Source: Bacteriovoracaceae bacterium
GTDB taxonomy: Bacteria; Bdellovibrionota; UBA2394
Length of the DNA stretch: 64,000 bases
Direction: 5' to 3'
Assembly (NCBI GenBank): GCA_028287765.1
Contig: JAQBPA010000117.1
Span: 40,483-104,482, forward strand
Shown: positions 57,439 to 64,000 of the stretch, piece after piece
Numbering within the stretch: position 1 is the stretch's first letter
Layout of the letters: the number at the start of each line of letters is the position of its first letter
Notes under the pieces: generated by a model
Database searches by the model: none
Seen by the model: the letters and a program-made list of their open reading frames with translations, nothing else
Told to the model about the DNA's origin: nothing
Program-made: the position numbers and the translations under genes

Positions 57439-58011
57439 TCAACAGACTTTTATTTCTCGCCGATACTCTGACCAGATTAACGCAATGATGATGACGTCCA
57501 GAATCGTAAATACTGCGAGTAGCACTGAGAAATGTGTTATGAGCCAGAAACATTGATATCCAACAAATCCAGATAAGAGGATGATCGCTGCTGGATACGA
57601 CCAGACTCTGTTTTGAAAAAGACCGATAACAAGTACGAGCTTCACGAGACCGTGGCCGATCAAATAAATGGACGCAAAAGTTTTTGAATGACTCGATAGA
57701 TGCTGTCCAAACCGTAGAATATAATTGGCGATAAATCCTTGGGGATTTTCTGTCAGTTCCTCACGTGTCAAAAGAAATAATAAGTGGTTCAAAGCTGTTG
57801 GGCTAAAAAAAAGCAAAAGGATTCCGCCGATAAATTCCAAAAGTCCGTCGATGCCTTTGATCGAAATGCCAATCAGAAAAAATCGTCCGCGACCTAAAAA
57901 ATTTTGGGCGTGCTTTACATCTTGCATAATTAAAGACTTTATTTTTTGCCTTCCATCAATAAACGCCTCTGACTTTGGTGTGAACCCGATGAAGCCAATG
58001 ATTAAGACCAA
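57439..58011 (-). CDS. Hypothetical integral membrane protein
   Basis: The 190-aa ORF has four hydrophobic segments. Confidence 0.4.
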   Translation of the reverse strand: MVLIIGFIGFTPKSEAFIDGRQKIKSLIMQDVKHAQNFLGRGRFFLIGISIKGIDGLLEFIGGILLLFFSPTALNHLLFLLTREELTENPQGFIANYILRFGQHLSSHSKTFASIYLIGHGLVKLVLVIGLFQNRVWSYPAAIILLSGFVGYQCFWLITHFSVLLAVFTILDVIIIALIWSEYRREIKVC

Positions 58012-58354
58012 CGTTAGTTTCAGATGAATTGGGAGAAGCTCAGAATAATTTTGTCTAAATTTTTCAGTCTGAGAAAGGTAATTTGATATTGCTAGTTTAC
58101 TTCACTCGCTTTTTTTATGGTTCGCTCTTTCAAAGACCGTCAAACCTGTTTTTGAAATTTGTCCAGGCCTTCGTTTAGCAGAAAAATCTGTACTCCGGTT
58201 AAATGAAAGTGAGCGATCACTACTTTGTGGCAATCTCAATCTTCAGGCTTGGAAATCTATCCCAAGAAATCAGCGCAAATTTTTTGTTAATTTATTTTTA
58301 CAACAGAGAGGCTATCAAAATCCTCAATTTCTTGAGGAAAAGGGCGGAGTTTTA

Positions 58355-59809
58355 GTGGTCATTCCCGGAACTCAATCTCGAATTAAAAATATCCACGTTG
58401 CAGGACTCCCCGAAGGTTCTTCCATTAAAATAAGTCATAAACGATTTCTCATAGGCAAAATTTTAACACCCAAAAAACTCGATGAGATCACTGGATGGCT
58501 TCGATCGGAACTTCAGAATCGCGGTTATGGCTGTCCCTTAATTGATCTGAAAGCAGACGAAAGTGGCGAAATTAATATCAAAGTTACGCCCGGGCCAATT
58601 CACCTCATTACAGAAATTGAGAGGCCAAAATCCATATCTATTAATCCTTTCATTTTTGGGCGCTACGAGGCTTTTCATCTTGGAAATGCACTCGACAATC
58701 GTCTGCTCACTTTAAGTTCTTCACGCATTCTGAGAGACGATCTTTTTTTAAGTTCTTACTATGATCTTGCCTGTGACAAATCGCAATCCCTGCGAATTGT
58801 TCAGAGGGTCGTTGCTGTGAAACCTCGGCTGATCGCACTCGGCCTAGGCATTGATACTGAAGCACTCCTCAAAGCGCGCGCCCTCTGGAAGCATTCCCGC
58901 CTTGATTCAAAAGCAAGCAGTCTTCAAGTTCAACTTGATGCTTCATTTCTGCAACAGTCAGGCGAAACTTTTATGGAATGGTATCCTCTTGAAAGCGGAT
59001 CAAGATTTCATCTCATCCCCCGCTTAAGAGGAATTCGATATTCTGAAAAACAATTCGAAGCCCTTTCGGCAGAGGCATCCGTTCTTGCGACCACGAATTA
59101 TGATGCATCAGCATTTAATTTAGACGTCTCTTACGGCCCCGCTTACGAATTCGTAGACACCCGAAAAGGAGAAGGTCCAAAAAATTCTCGATACTTATCT
59201 TTTAAAGGTCAGCTTCGAGTGATGAGCCATCTCTTTGAATATTATCTCTCGAATCCGCAGACCGGTTGGAATTTGACTTTTAATTCCTACTCTCGTTTTA
59301 AAGGGATTTATTCATCGGCGACTTTCCATCGGTTCTCTTTAAATTCAGAAGTACTTTGGAATTTGAGCGATTATTATCCGCCTTACGCCGTCTTTGGCTG
59401 GAGAATGTCGACGGGAACATTTTGGATTCCCGACGGAAGCTTTCAGTTTTCAGTTCCTCCCCAGCTCCGATTCTTTTTGGGAGGAGATCGAGATGTACAT
59501 GGATTTTCACGAAATGAATTGCCACCGAATGGAATCGGCTTTCACACATTTCTCTACGAAGGTTTTGAGTTGAGATCGGGTGATTTCTTTTACTTCGATA
59601 TTCAACCGCTTATTTTTTTTGATATCGCTTGGGGTGGAGAAAAGTTTCTTAAAATCGCCAATTCAACCTACGCCTCTCCCGGAATAGGTGCGAGGTGGAG
59701 CACGAGATTTGGAGTTTTTAGAGGCACCGCTGCACATGGGTTTATTTGGGGAAAAAGCGACTTAAATACTCATTGGGAGTTTTTCTTGAGTTACGGACAG
59801 GAGTTTTAA
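58355..59809 (+). CDS. Omp85-family outer-membrane protein (TamA-like, one POTRA-like segment plus a bacterial-surface-antigen barrel)
   Basis: C-terminal barrel motifs are 'RFFLGGDRDVHGF', 'GIGARWSTRFGVFRGTAAHGF' and a terminal Phe. It starts with GTG and has no obvious signal peptide. Confidence 0.55.
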   Translation: MVIPGTQSRIKNIHVAGLPEGSSIKISHKRFLIGKILTPKKLDEITGWLRSELQNRGYGCPLIDLKADESGEINIKVTPGPIHLITEIERPKSISINPFIFGRYEAFHLGNALDNRLLTLSSSRILRDDLFLSSYYDLACDKSQSLRIVQRVVAVKPRLIALGLGIDTEALLKARALWKHSRLDSKASSLQVQLDASFLQQSGETFMEWYPLESGSRFHLIPRLRGIRYSEKQFEALSAEASVLATTNYDASAFNLDVSYGPAYEFVDTRKGEGPKNSRYLSFKGQLRVMSHLFEYYLSNPQTGWNLTFNSYSRFKGIYSSATFHRFSLNSEVLWNLSDYYPPYAVFGWRMSTGTFWIPDGSFQFSVPPQLRFFLGGDRDVHGFSRNELPPNGIGFHTFLYEGFELRSGDFFYFDIQPLIFFDIAWGGEKFLKIANSTYASPGIGARWSTRFGVFRGTAAHGFIWGKSDLNTHWEFFLSYGQEF

Positions 59810-59810
59810 A

Positions 59811-62003
59811 ATGAAGATCGTTCAAATTCTCGCTAAAATTGTTGGGCTCCTATTTGTTCTGATCATTATCCTTGGGGGAATTTTCATCATTCGCCCTGAA
59901 TGGATTTTAACGCCCCGTGCAATGGATTTTTTGGTTCGACATCTCGCCTCTTCTTATCATCCCTCATGGAAGGAGCTTCAAATTTATTTAACGAGCGAAA
60001 CATGGAGTAAAAAGAAATTATCTATTCAAGCTTCTGATCTTTGTATCAAAAATACTCAAGTTGAAGGCTGTCTAACGACTTTAAATTTCAATACTGAAAT
60101 AAATTGGAGCAGTCTCACTCACCTAACGTTTTCGTCGATGAATCTTTTGGCAGTTTCTGATTCATTTAAATTAGTAAAATCGCAAGGTGGTTCAGAAACA
60201 AAACTTGTGAAGAGCCAGCCTTCATTGCCTTCATTTAATAAAATCGAAAACTACTTTTATAAATTAGGTCCCTGGAACTGGAAGGACCTGAATCTTTCGA
60301 TCAAGAAGCTCGAATGGAATGATGCCACTTATTCCATTTCGATTGAACGTAAGGCCGACCCTATTTCTGCAATCCACTGGAGTGTGATGAGCGAAGCTCT
60401 TCAGTTCACGGGAAGCTGGATAGCAAGCGATCTCCAGCATTCCGTGATGGAGGGCAACTTCAAAAGAGAGTCAGATATGTTTAGTTTTCAGTTTAGGCCA
60501 AACACTTTTCAAAGGAATGCTTACTTTTTAAATATAAAGGCAGATCTCGCGAAACAAGGTTTCTCTTTTGAAGCACCTCTTCAGGTCCAATTTAATGTTT
60601 CTGCAATCCGTTTTGGAGGCAACATTCAGGTCAAATGGAATAATCGCAATATCGTACTTAGCATACGAGCGCTTCAATTTTTTGTAGATCCCAAAAGACA
60701 TCAACTAAAAGAAACAAATTTTTCTTCGGAACTTTATCTGACGTCGACCGAAGAATGGGCGAAGTTGATTCGCTTGGATACCGAAGCCAATTATCAGTTT
60801 AAAAATGCACACCTGTCTTTAAAAACAAAAAACATGGATCCGTCTATAGATCTTAAAATCGATATCAGTTGCGAATTAGCTTTCAACAAATCTAAAAAGT
60901 TAAATTGCGATCGAAGTCCAATCGCTTCGATCGGAATGCCTTACGCAGTATTGGTTGAACTTCTTCGCGGAAGTTCGTACGCGATCTTTGCACCTTTTCA
61001 AGTATTAAAAGGCCCCATAAACCTCGCCTTCAAGGCAACTGACAATTTAAATGAATTTTCTCTTGAGGGGAGTACTCACCTGCAAAGTGCGCATCAAAAA
61101 GTAAATCTTACCGCTTCCGGAAAACTTTCGCATCCTCTCTCTAAAAAGAGATCTCTGGATCTCGACCTCCGTCTGCAGGAAGTTGAGCTTCAACTCCCAA
61201 ATCTGGATCCAAAAAAAATGCCCGTTCTCGCAAGAGACTCACGAATTCAAATACGCCATTCTACCCCTGCGCCAAAACCATCTCTAACAAAATCTCCCTT
61301 TCCATTTCATATCGTGCTTACAACTGAAAAGCCTTTATTACTGCGCTCGAATTTAGCCGTTCAGCCAGTTCCTTTAACGATGAATCTGGATCTCACGCAT
61401 CAGACTCGCGCCGGAACGATTTCTGCAAAACCATTCGATATTCAAATTTTTCGCCGAAAAGCTCATGTTGAACGGCTCGATCTCAACTTAGTTCCTCAAT
61501 CAAATATCATCGAGCTCATGGGACTCGTTGATTATATAACTCCCGAAGCAAAAATTCAGATTCATCTGACAGGTCAGGCGTCGAAACCTAATATTCATTT
61601 CACAAGCGAGCCCCCGCTGCAACAAAACGAAATTCTTTCGCTTCTTCTCTTCGGTAGAAGTTCATTTGCTTCCCTAAGTGCAGAAGAAGAAGCGACCGTG
61701 GGCAATGCACAAGTGGCTCTGGCAAGTGGAGCTTTTAGTCTCGCTTCTATTTATCTTTTTGCATCAACTCCGATCGAAGCTATTGGATACGATCCGATTA
61801 CTCACGCCTACTCGGTTACGGTTAGACTCCCTGGAGGGATTTCTGCAGAATATGGAAAAACTTTTGATGAACAGGATCACGGCTATCTCACGTTTCGAAA
61901 GAGTTTAGGAAGGCACTGGATGCTTTCGACGGAATGGGAAAATTATTCAGATGAGCGGTCTTCAATTGTCAGCACTTTTATTCAATGGTTTAACCGATTC
62001 TAA
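59811..62003 (+). CDS. TamB-like translocation/assembly module protein with an N-terminal TM anchor and a DUF490-like C-terminus
   Basis: The N-terminal segment is 'IVQILAKIVGLLFVLIIILGGIFII'. The 730-aa ORF is beta-rich and ends '...WENYSDERSSIVSTFIQWFNRF'. It lies immediately downstream of the Omp85 gene, separated by 1 nt. Confidence 0.5.
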   Translation: MKIVQILAKIVGLLFVLIIILGGIFIIRPEWILTPRAMDFLVRHLASSYHPSWKELQIYLTSETWSKKKLSIQASDLCIKNTQVEGCLTTLNFNTEINWSSLTHLTFSSMNLLAVSDSFKLVKSQGGSETKLVKSQPSLPSFNKIENYFYKLGPWNWKDLNLSIKKLEWNDATYSISIERKADPISAIHWSVMSEALQFTGSWIASDLQHSVMEGNFKRESDMFSFQFRPNTFQRNAYFLNIKADLAKQGFSFEAPLQVQFNVSAIRFGGNIQVKWNNRNIVLSIRALQFFVDPKRHQLKETNFSSELYLTSTEEWAKLIRLDTEANYQFKNAHLSLKTKNMDPSIDLKIDISCELAFNKSKKLNCDRSPIASIGMPYAVLVELLRGSSYAIFAPFQVLKGPINLAFKATDNLNEFSLEGSTHLQSAHQKVNLTASGKLSHPLSKKRSLDLDLRLQEVELQLPNLDPKKMPVLARDSRIQIRHSTPAPKPSLTKSPFPFHIVLTTEKPLLLRSNLAVQPVPLTMNLDLTHQTRAGTISAKPFDIQIFRRKAHVERLDLNLVPQSNIIELMGLVDYITPEAKIQIHLTGQASKPNIHFTSEPPLQQNEILSLLLFGRSSFASLSAEEEATVGNAQVALASGAFSLASIYLFASTPIEAIGYDPITHAYSVTVRLPGGISAEYGKTFDEQDHGYLTFRKSLGRHWMLSTEWENYSDERSSIVSTFIQWFNRF

Positions 62004-63169
62004 GCGGGACGATGATACATTTTGTAAAATTCGGGCGGAAATTGAAAATCCGGACGAGCATGTAACAGTGCGTATCGAATGAGAGAATCCAAATACACAA
62101 TTCCCTTGAACTCAAGACCATCCGTTACAATAACGTGACTCGGAGATCGACGACGTAGTTTAGAAAATACGCTCAACGAACTCTCTCGAATATCGACGAT
62201 TTGATCATCGGCACAATCTTTCATAATCTCGCGAACAGTTGAGCTCATCCGTTCATTCGGGCCCAAGTGAAGGAGAGTGTCCGAATCTAGGCAACCGATA
62301 AGAACTCCATTTTCGACAACCGGAAAAACTCCCGTTAAATGGTGATAAAAACGTTCTTCCAAAACCTCTTCTAGTTTGCTGTTTGGATTTAAAACTTGAG
62401 AAGTCGTATCTAAAAACTTCTCTAAAGGAACGTCGCGAAGCGCGGATCGAATTAAAACGTCCGCCCACGATTGAAGTGCGATGCCTCTCAAAAAAAGGCC
62501 CATAAAAATCCACCAAAAACCGGTCACGAAGTGAAGTGTAAACAAATGAAAAATTCCAAGAACAATTAAAATGAAGCCAATCATCGATCCAATTCGAGCG
62601 GCTGTTTGAGTGGCACTGAGAATATCTTTTTTTCGGGCCCAAAGAATCGATCTCAGCATTCTTCCGCCATCTAGCGGAAATCCAGGTAAGCAATTAAAAA
62701 TAGCTAAAAATAAATTGATCGTGGCTAAGTATTTAAAAATAATTCCTGTAAATGAATACGGCGAGAGTGTTTCGAAACTCTGATAAAGAACGTAAAAAAT
62801 TAAACTGAGAAGTAGGCTCGCTAAAGGGCCTGCAGCCGCCATCAAAAATTCAGTCTTCGGTGATTCGGGCTGGTCTTCAAGTTCTGAAACTCCTCCAAAA
62901 ATAAAAAGGGTAATGCCTCCAATTTTCATTCCTCGTTTTCGTGCAACCAAAGAATGACAAAACTCATGTATGATAATCGAAATAAATAAACCAATGGCAC
63001 CCAGAAAACCCATTAACCAATATTGAGACCTCGAAAAGCCCGGGTAATCCGAAGGAAAATAGCCTGCAGCTAAGGACCAAATAATAATGAAGGCTAAAAC
63101 CAACCAACTGGCATCGATTTTGACTTCGAAGCCAAACATTTTAAAGAGATGTACGGAACGCTTAAACAC
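62000..63169 (-). CDS. M50 (site-2 protease) family metallopeptidase with a C-terminal CBS pair
   Basis: An HExxH motif 'IIHEFCHSLVARKRGM' sits in a TM helix. 'LDGGRML' is present, and CBS domains lie at the C-terminus. Confidence 0.8.
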   Translation of the reverse strand: MFKRSVHLFKMFGFEVKIDASWLVLAFIIIWSLAAGYFPSDYPGFSRSQYWLMGFLGAIGLFISIIIHEFCHSLVARKRGMKIGGITLFIFGGVSELEDQPESPKTEFLMAAAGPLASLLLSLIFYVLYQSFETLSPYSFTGIIFKYLATINLFLAIFNCLPGFPLDGGRMLRSILWARKKDILSATQTAARIGSMIGFILIVLGIFHLFTLHFVTGFWWIFMGLFLRGIALQSWADVLIRSALRDVPLEKFLDTTSQVLNPNSKLEEVLEERFYHHLTGVFPVVENGVLIGCLDSDTLLHLGPNERMSSTVREIMKDCADDQIVDIRESSLSVFSKLRRRSPSHVIVTDGLEFKGIVYLDSLIRYALLHARPDFQFPPEFYKMYHRPA

Positions 63170-63248
63170 TATTAAGCATAATAATAAATCGAGTTAAGAA
63201 TCACCTAACCTTCGTCGCCCTTAATGCTTCCCAATAATTATGAAGGAT

Positions 63249-63668
63249 TCAATCGTCTTTTTTTACAGATTCAATGACTTCTTCTGCGCCTGACGCTTTA
63301 ACCCAATAGCTTTCAGAGTAGAGAGTGAATAAAACGATCAAAGAGAGAAGCGTAAAGGCCGCTCCGATACTAAAGAGAATCCACAATTTCGCAGATAACG
63401 ACAAAGGAAAGAGAAGAATTCCGGTAGTTAGAGTAATGCTGCTTCCAAAAAAGAAGATGAAAAAAATGGCCGTAGCAACAGAGAGCTTAATCACTTCTGT
63501 TCGAGTCCACGAAAGTAGCTGTAAATATTTACTCAAAGCTTTGAGCTTAAAGAGGTGACCACTATGCTTTTTTATTTCCTGAAAGTTAGAGGGCGATGCG
63601 TAATGCATTTCACTAGCCATAGAGATTAGTCTTTCGACGACGTTGTTTCCAAAAATAAAATGCCGCAA
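63249..63668 (-). CDS. Hypothetical small membrane protein
   Basis: The ORF has two or three hydrophobic helices and no recognisable domain. Confidence 0.3.
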   Translation of the reverse strand: MRHFIFGNNVVERLISMASEMHYASPSNFQEIKKHSGHLFKLKALSKYLQLLSWTRTEVIKLSVATAIFFIFFFGSSITLTTGILLFPLSLSAKLWILFSIGAAFTLLSLIVLFTLYSESYWVKASGAEEVIESVKKDD

Positions 63669-64000
63669 TTCCTAATAAAACGAGAGACCATTTATAATTC
63701 TTTAGTCTTGAAACGAATTTGTTCGTAGAGGATAACAAGGCTTGCTCGATTTTATCGGCCTCGGCGTCACTGAGATCGTTCAGGGTGTCTATTGTATTGG
63801 ATATTTTAGATTCCATCATAATAAAAGCTCTAAGCGGTTCGTCTTCGGTTGGTAAATTGGTCGAGATCGTACCAATAGGGTACGCGATTATAATATGCGT
63901 GTAGTCGTTCTTCATATTGCCTCGTTAAATGACGTTTGGGTTCAAACTCAGGACTATTTTTAATTGTTTCTTTTTTCAAATCGACTGTGAAAATTTTTTC

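Noticed and set aside
1-64000. Whole-window search for CRISPR arrays, integrases, transposases, phage structural genes and toxin-antitoxin or defence-system hallmarks
   Set aside because: I could recognise no direct-repeat/spacer array, no tyrosine/serine recombinase or DDE transposase motifs, and no nuclease/ATPase defence cassette. The region looks chromosomal rather than like a mobile island.

Overview
This is a low-GC (roughly 40%, estimated by eye) chromosomal segment from a Gram-negative bacterium. The RND pump, Omp85/TamA-TamB pair, OMP beta-barrel and aquaporin-arsC support that, and DUF4388 and the predatory-style secreted hydrolases suggest a Bdellovibrio-like or other Deltaproteobacteria/Oligoflexia-like lineage. 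The lineage call is inference only. Coding density is high, with many start/stop overlaps that indicate operons. I found no integrase, transposase, CRISPR array or rRNA/tRNA gene.

Recognisable content, in order:
- Housekeeping genes: class II aaRS N-terminus, RidA, hpt, a UPRTase-like gene and a UvrD-family helicase.
- An HD-GYP phosphodiesterase.
- An 861-aa 'giant flagellin' whose variable region carries two tandem repeats plus a seven-blade FG-GAP/Ca-binding beta-propeller.
- Two unknown proteins, followed by a GC-rich ~217-bp element built from ~57-bp imperfect inverted repeats.
- A bacterial type IIB topoisomerase (Topo VI B+A) operon.
- An MFS transporter, an Opp-like SBP, two permeases and a cytoplasmic papain-like peptidase operon with no ATPase gene.
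- An unannotated RNase P RNA (rnpB) on the minus strand.
- An aquaglyceroporin-arsC pair divergent from an MbfA-like erythrin-VIT iron transporter.
- An orphan RND pump.
- A tyrosine/dual-specificity phosphatase followed by a PRTase-like/kinase-like fusion protein.
- An MsbA-like ABC exporter heading a roughly 15-kb glycan locus. It holds two epimerase/dehydratases, a GT4, three tandem CgeB-like glycosyltransferases plus a fourth fused to a sugar-1-P nucleotidyltransferase, a methyltransferase, a UXS-like decarboxylase, a possibly permuted GH5-like barrel, and a convergent UDP-glucose 6-dehydrogenase/MDR/Gfo-Idh-MocA operon.
- A TamA/TamB-like pair and an M50-CBS protease.

The findings I consider most interesting are the propeller-bearing flagellin, the bacterial Topo VI with its upstream inverted-repeat element, the PRTase-kinase/phosphatase module, the CgeB-rich glycan locus with its GT-nucleotidyltransferase fusion, and the ATPase-less Opp-peptidase operon.
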